Source: a virus. Taken from it: 64,000 nucleotides of DNA. The notes under the pieces were generated by a model. It made no database searches and was not told where the DNA came from. It saw only the letters and a program-made list of their open reading frames with translations. Position numbers and translations under genes: made by a program. Position 1 is the stretch's first letter. Every line of letters begins with the position of its first letter. Of the stretch, positions 36,533-45,897 are shown in pieces. Location of the stretch: IMG/VR virus record IMGVR_UViG_3300035703_000072, positions 5,881-69,880 of that record, one strand, 5' to 3'.

Positions 36533-36637
36533 TATCGTCAATAATAAAATTCAAATTCAATAATTCATAGTATCATTCCAAGATAATTGTAGCTTACAAA
36601 TCAGCGGTTTAAGATATCATTCCCGATAGCACATTCT

Positions 36638-36679
36638 CTGTTAATCAGAGGGTCCTTGGTTCGAGCCCAAGAGGGGGAG
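36638..36679 (+). other. att core: 3' half of tRNA-Asn(GTT)
   Basis: CTGTTAA TCAGA GGGTC CTTGG TTCGAGC CCAAG AGGGGGA G; no D arm or 5' acceptor upstream. Confidence 0.88.
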
Positions 36680-36680
36680 C

Positions 36681-36722
36681 AAAAGCCGGAAGTTACACCA
36701 CCAAAGACTTCCGGCTTTTTTT
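36681..36722 (+). terminator. Rho-independent terminator after tRNA fragment
   Basis: AAAAGCCGGAAGT/ACTTCCGGCTTTT. Confidence 0.8.
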
Positions 36723-36785
36723 ATCAAAACCACTTCAGCATTGTAGCACAGTTATCGTCAATAATAACGTCAATAATTAAGCTAC

Positions 36786-38039
36786 ATGAAATCAGAAAGA
36801 ATCTTACTGCCCAATGGCTGCAGCTGTAGCCGTCCATCTGTATTTCCCAAAAATTGGAAAACGTGTGATAAGTCAGCATTGAAACTGTATTGGCGCATTC
36901 AGTACTATTTCTATGACCCGAACTTTCCCAAGCCAACAACTCCAATCGTTGTAAAGGGAATGAATGAATACAAATCATTGGCCGATCGGAGAGCAGTTAC
37001 TCAAATGCTTATCGATGATGAACTTGATGCACTCATCAACAAAGGTTTCAATCCTTACCTGAAGAAATACACAGCGCTTGAACCTGAGAAGCCAAAAGCA
37101 GAACTCAATCCGGATTTGCCATTCGTGGAAGCCTTTCGTTTGGCATCCAAAAAGGTGAAAGGTTCAAAAGAACACCTGGACCAAATTCGTTTTGCAATCA
37201 ACCGGTTTGAAAAGTCAGCAGCTCAACTTCGTATAACCGATGTAACCATTGGCCAACTTAAAAGAAGTCAATTCAAAGAGGTATTGGATAACCTCGATTT
37301 AACGGATAATTATTTCAATAAGTTCAAAAGCTACTTCTCGAGCTTGTTCTCCGTTCTTATCGAATGGGAGTGCTGCGAAAACAACATTACTCGTGATATT
37401 AAGAAGCGTGTTGTGGTCAAAAACCAAAGAGAAGTACTCAGTATCGAATGTGTGGCCAAGATACTTGAGAAGCTAAAGCCAAATCTTTACGAGTTTTACC
37501 GATATGGAAAGATATTCCTTTACTCCGGTTCTCGAAGCCGTGAACTTTTTTCAGTTCAAGCCAAGCACGTGAGACTTGAGAAGCAAGAATACGATGTACT
37601 GATCAAGAAAGGCAGTCAGTATGTTTGGGAGACAAAGGTTATAATCAAAAATGCAATTCCTTTTTGGAGAGAAATAGTATCGTTGGCCAAGTCACCTGAA
37701 GATTATTTGTTTTCTGAAGGATTGATTCCAGGACTGAAGAGTATAAGCTCCCGACAAATTACAATCAGATGGCGTAAGCATGTAAAGGCAAAGCTTGTAT
37801 TCTACAAAGATGAGGTTCGGGAAAAGGCTGAGCTTGACAAATTTGGTATTAAAGATTACGAATTGATCTCCGCTGACTTCTATTCGATGAAACATACCTT
37901 TTTGGATTTGCTTGATGAGGTTCATGCTGAGAATACTGCTCAGGAAATGGCAGCGCATCGTTCGGGCAAGATAACCAAGGTTTACGCTGTTGGAAGTGTT
38001 AAGCGGAAGAATGAGCGATTGAAGCAGATATCAGTATAA
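36786..38039 (+). CDS. int: Tyrosine integrase
   Basis: SGSRSREL, FYSMKHT, AHRS..T..Y; next to att. Confidence 0.9.
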   Translation: MKSERILLPNGCSCSRPSVFPKNWKTCDKSALKLYWRIQYYFYDPNFPKPTTPIVVKGMNEYKSLADRRAVTQMLIDDELDALINKGFNPYLKKYTALEPEKPKAELNPDLPFVEAFRLASKKVKGSKEHLDQIRFAINRFEKSAAQLRITDVTIGQLKRSQFKEVLDNLDLTDNYFNKFKSYFSSLFSVLIEWECCENNITRDIKKRVVVKNQREVLSIECVAKILEKLKPNLYEFYRYGKIFLYSGSRSRELFSVQAKHVRLEKQEYDVLIKKGSQYVWETKVIIKNAIPFWREIVSLAKSPEDYLFSEGLIPGLKSISSRQITIRWRKHVKAKLVFYKDEVREKAELDKFGIKDYELISADFYSMKHTFLDLLDEVHAENTAQEMAAHRSGKITKVYAVGSVKRKNERLKQISV

Positions 38040-38108
38040 AAAGAAAGGCACACCTTGTGAGTGTGCCCTTCCGCCCCAAATCTACAATATGAACATGCCA
38101 ATTGTATG

Positions 38109-38663
38109 CTACGCTTTTTTAATCCTGCTCAGTATTCCTAAAACCGGATTTGTAAATGCAGTAATGCCCTCTATAAGTTTAGGAGCAAAATATATGATAG
38201 CAATAAGATAAAGCCACCATGGTATTTGACTGATTTTTTTTGATAAGTACTCATCTGTTTTCTGCTCAAAGGACTTCTCGGTTTTTTCCTTTTCTTTTAC
38301 TTTCTCTTTTGTATTTGAAGTTTCGCCAATAGTAGCTCTGAACTGAAGCTCTCGTTTGATTAAGTCATAGTAAAGTTCATAACCATTATCACCGGAACTT
38401 TTTTGATGGTTTAAACTTGCCAATATACGGTCGACAGCTCGATTAACTTCAGCATCAAAATCACGATTCCCGGTATCACTTTTTTGTACCGGAATTACAG
38501 ACTTATCATTGATGGCTTTGTTCTTTTCAGTAATATGGCTACTGTCTTTTGATTTTTCTGAAAGATTAGTTTCTTTGGTGCTTTTGTTTTTTTCTGAATT
38601 TGTTTTCATGGTACCGCATCCTATAAATGAAAATGCGATAATTAATGCTAAGTACTTTTTCAT
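38109..38663 (-). CDS. Putative unimolecular spanin
   Basis: N-terminal lipobox FIGC and C-terminal TM IPWWLYLIAIIYF; follows endolysin. Confidence 0.6.
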   Translation of the reverse strand: MKKYLALIIAFSFIGCGTMKTNSEKNKSTKETNLSEKSKDSSHITEKNKAINDKSVIPVQKSDTGNRDFDAEVNRAVDRILASLNHQKSSGDNGYELYYDLIKRELQFRATIGETSNTKEKVKEKEKTEKSFEQKTDEYLSKKISQIPWWLYLIAIIYFAPKLIEGITAFTNPVLGILSRIKKA

Positions 38664-39205
38664 AATAAATCTTCGTAACGTTTTATGATTTTGGCCATTT
38701 CTACAGCCAACTTTTCTTTGTTTGATTTGTATCTTCTAACATCATCAGAATTGGAAATGAAACATAGCTCCAATAAGCAAATGATACCATCTTCACGCAT
38801 CAATGCCAATCTCCCTCTATGGCTATCTGATTCTGTTTTTACCCCTCTGTTTTTAATTCCGAGAATTGATGCGGTCAAATCTGAAAGCTCTTTCGCAAAG
38901 GCACGGTCTAATCTATCAGATTCAGCTTCAATCAAAGCAGTAGTTCCAGTGGCCGATTTGTTTTCGGCGGCATCAAAATGAAACTCTATTATAACAGAGC
39001 CATTTCCGGTTTTTATTCTCTGAAGAACAGTTCCGAGTCTTTCATCATCATTGTCCTTGATAACTTTTAAGCCAATTTTTTCACATTGCTTAATTACCAA
39101 GTCACGAAATTCAACTGTTAGATTGGCTTCGTGATATCCGTTTCCGATTGCTCCCGGATCCGGTTTTAATCCGTTTGGGTTATGACCCGCTAATAAGAAT
39201 ACCAT
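38660..39205 (-). CDS. Endolysin, N-acetylmuramoyl-L-alanine amidase (Amidase_3)
   Basis: LLAGH..DPGA..E; FHFDA; LLELCFISN. Confidence 0.92.
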   Translation of the reverse strand: MVFLLAGHNPNGLKPDPGAIGNGYHEANLTVEFRDLVIKQCEKIGLKVIKDNDDERLGTVLQRIKTGNGSVIIEFHFDAAENKSATGTTALIEAESDRLDRAFAKELSDLTASILGIKNRGVKTESDSHRGRLALMREDGIICLLELCFISNSDDVRRYKSNKEKLAVEMAKIIKRYEDLL

Positions 39206-39208
39206 AAT

Positions 39209-39766
39209 TTAATTTTCGTTTGCTGTTTCGCCTTTAATTGAGCGCCAAGCACTCCAAATCTTGTTAGACATAAGTTTTATCCTTTCAAATAAGTTAAACC
39301 CGCATTTAGGTAGATTCTCGTGTACAATTGAGAAACCTTCATTCAAACAGAATAGTAAAAGAATGAATGTAGGGAGTGTTATTTCGGCATCGGAAATGCT
39401 TTCATATCGTAGGTTTTTAATAAAAAACACCTTTTGAAATTTGTACAGTATCAGCGGGAATCCCATATACACCATTCCCTTGACAAACATCTTTTTGAAC
39501 TTGTCGGAACTGAAGCCTTCGCCTTTACCGAAGAACCATTTGTCTTTTCGGTCGGCTTTTTTTTTCCACTCGAAATAGGAACCTAAAACACCGGTTACCA
39601 AGTCGGCCAAGAATAGCCAAAAAAGAATCCAGGCAACGCCTTTGAAATCAACTACCGGTGAAACAACTACTGCCGGAGCGATTGTAAAAAATACAGCTGT
39701 TGGCTTTTTAATGATGAATGAAAAAAGAGTGAAGTTTGGTAGGGCTACCGCTAAAAAGTTTCTCAT
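39209..39766 (-). CDS. Holin
   Basis: Multiple TMs, DLVTG, SS.K, E..SI.EN motif; precedes endolysin. Confidence 0.8.
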   Translation of the reverse strand: MRNFLAVALPNFTLFSFIIKKPTAVFFTIAPAVVVSPVVDFKGVAWILFWLFLADLVTGVLGSYFEWKKKADRKDKWFFGKGEGFSSDKFKKMFVKGMVYMGFPLILYKFQKVFFIKNLRYESISDAEITLPTFILLLFCLNEGFSIVHENLPKCGFNLFERIKLMSNKIWSAWRSIKGETANEN

Positions 39767-40683
39767 GACTTGATTTGTATTGTGGAAATATTTCCGGTTC
39801 TAATTTCGATTACTTCTAAAATTCGCTTTTGATTGTTTTGATATGGTCGCCATCGACCGGCAAGCGTGCAGTTGTATTGACCAACGCAAGCAGTGGCAAT
39901 GAATTCGTAAATAGGGCTTTCGAACATTGGACGGTGTTCGTTGGATAGGTAGTAGGCAGCCAAGGTGCTTTCGGGAGTTTCGTAACCATGCGCAACCGAT
40001 TCACCAAAGAATAACGCACCGGAAGCTTCATAGCGCTCGAAAAAACCTGAATGCGACAAACTATCGCTTTCTTGCAATTGGAGTGCTTTGTCCTTAGCTA
40101 AGTGATACAAATCCAAGCTGGTTTTGTAAGGAGAAAGTCCGAGTTCTTTTCGGTGCTCATTGTTTAGCTGAATGATTTTCGATTCTTTTTCACTCATATA
40201 GTCTGCCGGGATTTCTCTTTGTGGAAATGGCACGAATACTATTTCCTTTTCGCATGAAGTTAGGAGAAACAGTACCATCAAAGACAAGCCAATCAAAAGC
40301 AACTTTATAGGAGTAGGCACTTCCTTTTTTTGAATTCGCAATTTAACGGCGATGGTTACCCAATAGATAGCGTAAACTACTATTGAGCCATCAAAAAGAA
40401 ACTCCGATTTGTACTGTGGAAAAAAAACAGCGGTTCCGGATCCGGATAAAAATCCTATAAGCGTCCAAAGGATATCCCATTTGTCGAAATTGGACTTTTC
40501 AATTTGGGCTTGCATCCATTCGTGGCCACCACCGGCTAAACCCCCAAATACAAATGAAGCAAAAGCAATTCCAATAAATACTCCGGCATTATGTGGATAA
40601 GAAGAAAATCCGGTAATGTGGCTGATATAATTCCAAACAAATAAGCCAAGAATGCCATGGGCAATGTTAAAGATAGTTTTCAT
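39763..40683 (-). CDS. Multi-TM protein fused to CAP/SCP domain
   Basis: 4-5 TMs, LLTSC, NEHR..GL, LSH, GESVA.G, S..HR. Confidence 0.7.
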   Translation of the reverse strand: MKTIFNIAHGILGLFVWNYISHITGFSSYPHNAGVFIGIAFASFVFGGLAGGGHEWMQAQIEKSNFDKWDILWTLIGFLSGSGTAVFFPQYKSEFLFDGSIVVYAIYWVTIAVKLRIQKKEVPTPIKLLLIGLSLMVLFLLTSCEKEIVFVPFPQREIPADYMSEKESKIIQLNNEHRKELGLSPYKTSLDLYHLAKDKALQLQESDSLSHSGFFERYEASGALFFGESVAHGYETPESTLAAYYLSNEHRPMFESPIYEFIATACVGQYNCTLAGRWRPYQNNQKRILEVIEIRTGNISTIQIKS

Positions 40684-41099
40684 AGTTTGTATAGTCTAAT
40701 GTGAACAATGTTGTTGTAAGTGCCTTTCAGCATGTGGCGCCATACGTTGATAAATGTAAATCGAGTGAAGAACCAACGCTGAATGATTAATTCAATCGGG
40801 TAGTTAAGCGCAATCATAACCGAGAAAAACTCGTTATCGATTTGATATCCAACGTTGCCGTTGCTATTTCTCCAATCGTGAATGAAGCTCGCGAGCTCCC
40901 AACGAGATTTGAATCGGGAACGAACGAAAGTCGGACCGTCATAACTGAACTTTCCGGCTTTAAAATCTTCCCAAGCAAAAGTGAAAAGCTCGCGAATTGG
41001 ATGTTTAAAATCCAATCCGTTCATTTCGGCGTGCATCGACTCATAGGCTTGCTTGAGTTCCTCCGGCAAAAAGTCTTTATACCACTTGTTTTTTCTCAT
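40680..41099 (-). CDS. DUF1353-like protein
   Basis: FSYDG....ASFIHDW..D..F pattern. Confidence 0.55.
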   Translation of the reverse strand: MRKNKWYKDFLPEELKQAYESMHAEMNGLDFKHPIRELFTFAWEDFKAGKFSYDGPTFVRSRFKSRWELASFIHDWRNSNGNVGYQIDNEFFSVMIALNYPIELIIQRWFFTRFTFINVWRHMLKGTYNNIVHIRLYKL

Positions 41100-41101
41100 T
41101 G

Positions 41102-41545
41102 CTACAGCTTTCCGGCATTTATGAATAAATCATCTAAGGCTTCTTCATTCAGTCCAAGTTGGAGAGCCAACTGATTTAAAAGAGCATCCTTTCTCTCAAA
41201 AACGACAGCATCATTCCAAGCGATTTTAGCATACGTCTTATTCGGTTCAGGGAGTCCGTTTATAGTAAGGTCAATTTGTGACAAGTCGAATTCTGCAAAT
41301 GCCAAGGCAAGGCGCAACTGTCTGCGTGAAACCGCTTCAGGAACGCTTGCTTTTTTGGCTACAGCTAATTGTTCAGCTGTAGCACCTTCATAGAAGAATC
41401 TCTCAGCACGGTTAAACTTTCTGACCAAATAGTTATCAATAGGCAATAAGTCAGTTGAGTTTTCAGGTTGTTCACCAGGTGTGAAATAGTTTGAACCTAT
41501 TACAGTTTCATCTTCAGCATATATTTGGTATAGTCTCTTTTCCAT
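41102..41545 (-). CDS. Tail-fibre-associated protein
   Basis: VP.AVSRRQLRLAL..W..A..FER..LDDLF..A. Confidence 0.6.
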   Translation of the reverse strand: MEKRLYQIYAEDETVIGSNYFTPGEQPENSTDLLPIDNYLVRKFNRAERFFYEGATAEQLAVAKKASVPEAVSRRQLRLALAFAEFDLSQIDLTINGLPEPNKTYAKIAWNDAVVFERKDALLNQLALQLGLNEEALDDLFINAGKL

Positions 41546-42483
41546 TATAAAAGGGTATTATAAGATGAGGTATTAGGTCCTAATGCCACACAAGTGAACA
41601 CTGAATTTTTTCGAGTTTTTGCACCTGCAGGAGAAGATGATATTTGTATTGCAGGAATTAATGATCCTGATTGATTACATTCTAAAACTCCAAATCCTAA
41701 AATACGTCCAAAAGGTGCTGCTGAATTACTTGTAGTGACTGTTCCTCCATAGTTAACAACCCTTGCCATTGATATAGCTGCTAATCCTGTTTCATTGGTT
41801 ATAACTCCAAAAACATGTATTGACATATGTGCCACTGTTGATGTGCCTAAAAATCCTAATGATAGGTTTTTAGAGACTGCAGAAAATTCAATGAAGTTGC
41901 AATTGAAGTAAACTAAATATCTTGTTCCGGCTACTATTTGAATAGCTCCATCACTATCAGCACCTCCTGAAAATATCCTTTGTTGAGCAGTAGTGTTTAA
42001 AAGAGAAAAATCATCTACTTGAGCCAAGTACAAAGGATTGTTTTGTTTCTTGTTCAATAGGGCTATTAAATCAGTCTGAGAGCTAATTGAACCGGCTATA
42101 CTTCCCCAATTTGCTGAAGTCAAATATCCATTTGGATTGGAGGAACGTGGATAATAGTTTAAAGCCAAAAGGTCAATTAAATCCGTTTGGTCTAATACAT
42201 CTCCCTCGATGTCTCCCCAGTTCGTCGTTCCTGAAATCATTCCCAAACTCGCACGTGTGTACAATACCGGGAGCAATGCAGTTACCAAATTAGACATAGT
42301 TGTATGAACAACTCCGTTAACTGTAAACTGAGATACTTCCTCGTAGTCACACAATTTCAGTTTGCTGTCGTAAGCGTTTACAACGGCCATCTTATCGCCA
42401 ATAACATGTGGCATGAAATTCTTGAACGATGGAATCCCATTGAAAGAAAAAGTTTGAGTGTCTATGTTTACAATTACATTCAT
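41545..42483 (-). CDS. Tail fibre / receptor-binding protein
   Basis: Repeated WG.I.G....QTDL motifs, SNPNGYLT, beta-rich C-terminus. Confidence 0.65.
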   Translation of the reverse strand: MNVIVNIDTQTFSFNGIPSFKNFMPHVIGDKMAVVNAYDSKLKLCDYEEVSQFTVNGVVHTTMSNLVTALLPVLYTRASLGMISGTTNWGDIEGDVLDQTDLIDLLALNYYPRSSNPNGYLTSANWGSIAGSISSQTDLIALLNKKQNNPLYLAQVDDFSLLNTTAQQRIFSGGADSDGAIQIVAGTRYLVYFNCNFIEFSAVSKNLSLGFLGTSTVAHMSIHVFGVITNETGLAAISMARVVNYGGTVTTSNSAAPFGRILGFGVLECNQSGSLIPAIQISSSPAGAKTRKNSVFTCVALGPNTSSYNTLL

Positions 42484-43004
42484 TGCAATAATGTGGTTTT
42501 AAATCCGGAACTTCTACCGGTTGATGAACAAGAGTTACTACACTTCCAACTTGAATAAGTATCAAGGTTTCTCTCAATGAAAAGAACCACGTCTTTCATT
42601 AAGGTATTTGCTTCCTCTTTCTTTTTGTAATAGGTGTTTCTTCTATCTTCCAATGGTACCGGTTGAGAATGTGGATTCAATTTGGTCACAACTCCGTGGC
42701 TTGTTGAAACCATTGGAGCTTCGATAATCATTCGAGCATAAGCAAAGAATGATATCACAGCATCAAATCCTGAGAACTCAATTAATCGCTCATTGTAAGT
42801 GTAGGTTCCGCCTTCAATTAATTTTTTCCAGGCTGGGTCTTCTTTCTTTTCGAGCAGATCAAAATAAAAGTCCTCGCAAACCAATGGCTTGAAGTCAAAC
42901 TTTTGAGCGGCATCGATATAATTGTTGAACTGTTCCTCATCCAAACCAATTGCAATTTGAAGAAGTGATGAAGCTTTTGCTTTATTAGTTAGTCGTGTTG
43001 CCAT
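42480..43004 (-). CDS. Putative head-tail adaptor (DUF6712-like)
   Basis: Start taken at MATRLT (43004); follows portal; F..P.....Y, GG.Y, FAYAR. Confidence 0.55.
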   Translation of the reverse strand: MATRLTNKAKASSLLQIAIGLDEEQFNNYIDAAQKFDFKPLVCEDFYFDLLEKKEDPAWKKLIEGGTYTYNERLIEFSGFDAVISFFAYARMIIEAPMVSTSHGVVTKLNPHSQPVPLEDRRNTYYKKKEEANTLMKDVVLFIERNLDTYSSWKCSNSCSSTGRSSGFKTTLLQ

Positions 43005-44421
43005 CTGGATTTGGATTTTGAGGTTCAACGATTTTAGGTTCTCCGAGCATTGCCTTAGCAACTTCATTGGAGTATCCGAAGATGTTTTCCAACATGGCCA
43101 CACCGGCATCGTAAGAAGTGATTTGTTCTGAAACAGATTTCTGTATCTCAAGGATTGCAGTAACACCTCCAACAGAACCACGTAACTGAGCTTGTGCAAC
43201 TCTAATCTCTTTGGCTGCCAATTGTTCTTCAGATTGTGGCTCAGGAGCTCCGGCAGTCTTTGTGATATCAACTCCTTGCTGATAGTTAACTGTACCATCA
43301 TCAAGCAGGCTGTACTGTTTGATAGTCCAATTTCCTGAAGGGTTGATTTCTGACTTGTAGCCACGGAATAACTCAGCGAAAAAAGTTTCAATCTTTTCTT
43401 GGTCACGAGAAATGATAGCGTTGTAAACCGATTGGGCTTTGATTAAATCCTCACCTGAAGTATTTCCGAGCTTTCCGGCAACATAGTCTACCAACTGTGG
43501 AGGAATGTTCTTGAATGCTTTACGGATGAAGTTAGCGGATGAGCTTTCAAAGTGAGCGTACTTGTCAGCACGGATCTCATTTTTGATTGTATCAAACTTG
43601 AAGTTTCCGGATTTCTCTCTTTCGTCATCCCATTCATCCTCAACAACAATTTTAGAAGAAGAACCCTCAAATCCTGAAGCTTTTTCAAGATTACTGAAGA
43701 AGTCTTTTTTGTCTTGTTCTTTTGGAAAAGCTCTGTGTCTTATGAAAGTCAAATCCTCAAATCCTCTTTTGGCCGTTCCGTTGTAGTATAGTCCGAGTTG
43801 GTGCTCGGTATCTGCAAACAAATAAGCTCCCTCAATCAATGAAGTTGGATAATCATACTTATCATTCAGTTTCAAGAAAGCGATTTGACCTTTGTAGTTT
43901 TCCCAACCACCGGCAGCTTCTACTTGAGCAGCGATAACATCAGGTCTTGGATTGTAAGAGTCGAAAACATCGACTTCCTCTTTTTTCAAATCCTTGCCCC
44001 ATCCGTTTGGAGACACCAATATTTTTCCGATGTACTCTTTACTGTCTTTTTTACCAAGACGGCATAGAGAATAGGGAATGATTTTGAAATGGTCTTTGTC
44101 ATAGTTGGCGTTGTAGCCTACCAAAACGAAAACGCCCTGGTGTCTTGACAAAGGTTCGCAAGCATCAAAAAGTAGATTGTTCGGGTTGTATGGAAATACT
44201 CCTTCAGAAAGATTGACTTTGGATAAATCAACTTGAAAACCGGCACCGCCCAAGAATCGTTCGTATAGCCACGCACACTGAAAAGCAGTAGGAGAGCTGT
44301 CGATTAGATTTTCGACAACAAGAGGCTTGAGGTTATCTTCGCCATTGAAAATAACCCCAAATCGTTTATTGTAAACCGATTTTCTCTCTTGTTTGTATCT
44401 TTCGATTACTTTGGACTTCAT
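42985..44421 (-). CDS. Portal protein B
   Basis: 478 aa; GEDNL.P..SPTA..C, IP.S.CR, IPP.L..G.LG. Confidence 0.75.
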   Translation of the reverse strand: MKSKVIERYKQERKSVYNKRFGVIFNGEDNLKPLVVENLIDSSPTAFQCAWLYERFLGGAGFQVDLSKVNLSEGVFPYNPNNLLFDACEPLSRHQGVFVLVGYNANYDKDHFKIIPYSLCRLGKKDSKEYIGKILVSPNGWGKDLKKEEVDVFDSYNPRPDVIAAQVEAAGGWENYKGQIAFLKLNDKYDYPTSLIEGAYLFADTEHQLGLYYNGTAKRGFEDLTFIRHRAFPKEQDKKDFFSNLEKASGFEGSSSKIVVEDEWDDEREKSGNFKFDTIKNEIRADKYAHFESSSANFIRKAFKNIPPQLVDYVAGKLGNTSGEDLIKAQSVYNAIISRDQEKIETFFAELFRGYKSEINPSGNWTIKQYSLLDDGTVNYQQGVDITKTAGAPEPQSEEQLAAKEIRVAQAQLRGSVGGVTAILEIQKSVSEQITSYDAGVAMLENIFGYSNEVAKAMLGEPKIVEPQNPNPDGNTTN

Positions 44422-44425
44422 AGTC

Positions 44426-45286
44426 TTATGCTAAGGCTTCTAATTCGTTTTTGAATTTTTCAACTACTGCTTGAGCGTTGGCGATTGCCTCAGCATTGTC
44501 AGGCTCATTGGTTGACAAATCTTCCAAGTCTTGCTCTGCTTTGGCCAAATCGAATTCGATATCCTCTTTGGTTCTTTCAGCAGCATCCTCAGAAGTTTCT
44601 TCAGCTGAAGTAGTTTCATCGCAAGCAGGTACTTCGTCTTTTATCTCTTTAGCCAAACCATACAACTCTGCTCTTTCATCATCGCTTAGATTTTTATAGA
44701 ACTTAGTCAAGCCTTCGATGGTAGTTGCCTTAGTGGTTTTGTTGATTTTAGTCAACAAAGAAGTGGCTTGCTCAACCGTCAAAACTTTGTCGCCAACTAC
44801 GACACCAATTGCTTTGGTTTCGGTTTCTTTGGCCGGTTCTAACAATGATTTTTTGTAAGCCTCGATTTGCGCATCAACATCCTCAGGAAGTTTGGCGAAA
44901 AGAATTTTACGATTTGGATTTGCTGCTAACAATTCGATAGCGATTTCATCCGTTAAGTTTGCGTTTGAGTACGCAATGCTTGTCCCTCTTACCGGAATGG
45001 TTGTCATTTCGTTTAAGCGGAAAGCTCCTAATGTGATAACTTTTTTTGACATGATTTTCTTTGGATTAAGGTTTTTGATATTCTTAATGTAACCAGCGTA
45101 CTTACTCGTACAGTGACTACAAGTTTCTCCGAAAAGCTTGAAGTGAAGCTCAAATAGATATTTTAAATAAGGGACACCGTTATCCTTACCGCTCACGATG
45201 GTTTGATAATCAGCATCCCATAATTTTTTTAGCTTTTCGTTTTCTTCCGAATTAAGGTGCTGGAGCAACATAAGTGTTGGTATCAA
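44426..45286 (-). CDS. Hypothetical structural protein
   Basis: CSHC motif, NANLTDE.A..LL..NP, acidic tail. Confidence 0.6.
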   Translation of the reverse strand: MIPTLMLLQHLNSEENEKLKKLWDADYQTIVSGKDNGVPYLKYLFELHFKLFGETCSHCTSKYAGYIKNIKNLNPKKIMSKKVITLGAFRLNEMTTIPVRGTSIAYSNANLTDEIAIELLAANPNRKILFAKLPEDVDAQIEAYKKSLLEPAKETETKAIGVVVGDKVLTVEQATSLLTKINKTTKATTIEGLTKFYKNLSDDERAELYGLAKEIKDEVPACDETTSAEETSEDAAERTKEDIEFDLAKAEQDLEDLSTNEPDNAEAIANAQAVVEKFKNELEALA

Positions 45287-45845
45287 TCCACGTTTGAGTG
45301 GCTTCTACACCTCCGGCCAACAAAAAGATTTTTAAACGAGTAGCTTCTTCCTCGCCTTCTTTGGTAGCACAAATGATTGTTGATGTACCTGAGTTAGCAG
45401 ATGAATCAAAATCATCATTTGTGATAAGCATTCCGGATTCGAAACCGGCAATCTTATAAGTTGTTTCTCCGGCAACTCCGGTATCAACCATTTTATTGAT
45501 GGTAAATACACGAGCTCCTTCAGCTAATTCTTGGATTCTCTCTTGCTCATTGTCTCCAATGTACAAAGGCACAAACTCATCAGTATGAGTATAACCGTTT
45601 CCGTAATCACCAACTGCTAAAGCGTGTTTAGCTTTGTGTGATTTATCGTTACCGGCTGCTTTGAAAAGCTTTTTACCTGATTTAAGAACAAGAGTAGTAA
45701 TCTTTGTATTTCGGTTTGCTAAAATGGTGGCTTCACGGTCGATGTCCGCCCAGTTTCCATACCATTTTTCGGCAACACCTTGTTTTGGTTTGAACCCACA
45801 AGCTCTTGTGAATTCTCCGGCTAAGTCAGTATTACATTCTGCCAT
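45252..45845 (-). CDS. Putative major tail protein B
   Basis: 197 aa beta-rich with N-terminal Cys pair; follows capsid. Confidence 0.55.
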   Translation of the reverse strand: MAECNTDLAGEFTRACGFKPKQGVAEKWYGNWADIDREATILANRNTKITTLVLKSGKKLFKAAGNDKSHKAKHALAVGDYGNGYTHTDEFVPLYIGDNEQERIQELAEGARVFTINKMVDTGVAGETTYKIAGFESGMLITNDDFDSSANSGTSTIICATKEGEEEATRLKIFLLAGGVEATQTWIDTNTYVAPAP

Positions 45846-45857
45846 GACATATAATTT

Positions 45858-45890
45858 TTAAAAGGGAGCTTTTACACTCCCTTTGATTTT
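45858..45890 (-). terminator. Terminator after capsid gene
   Basis: AAAGGGAG/CTCCCTTT hairpin. Confidence 0.6.
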
Positions 45891-45897
45891 ACAATGA

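Larger units (their letters stand above)
1..36637 (-). mobile_element. Prophage/phage element A (siphovirus; left end outside window)
   Basis: Contiguous tail, head, terminase, methyltransferase, replication, recombination and Cro/CI genes ending at the att core. Confidence 0.9.
36536..36777 (+). repeat. Integrase arm-type repeats
   Basis: CGTCAATAAT at 36536, 36756 and 36768, on both sides of the core. Confidence 0.7.

Noticed and set aside
36600-36680. Complete tRNA-Asn gene
   Set aside because: No D arm or matching 5' acceptor strand; only the 3' half is present
43005-43406. 308-aa version of the adaptor ORF
   Set aside because: Extension is an off-frame shadow of the portal gene
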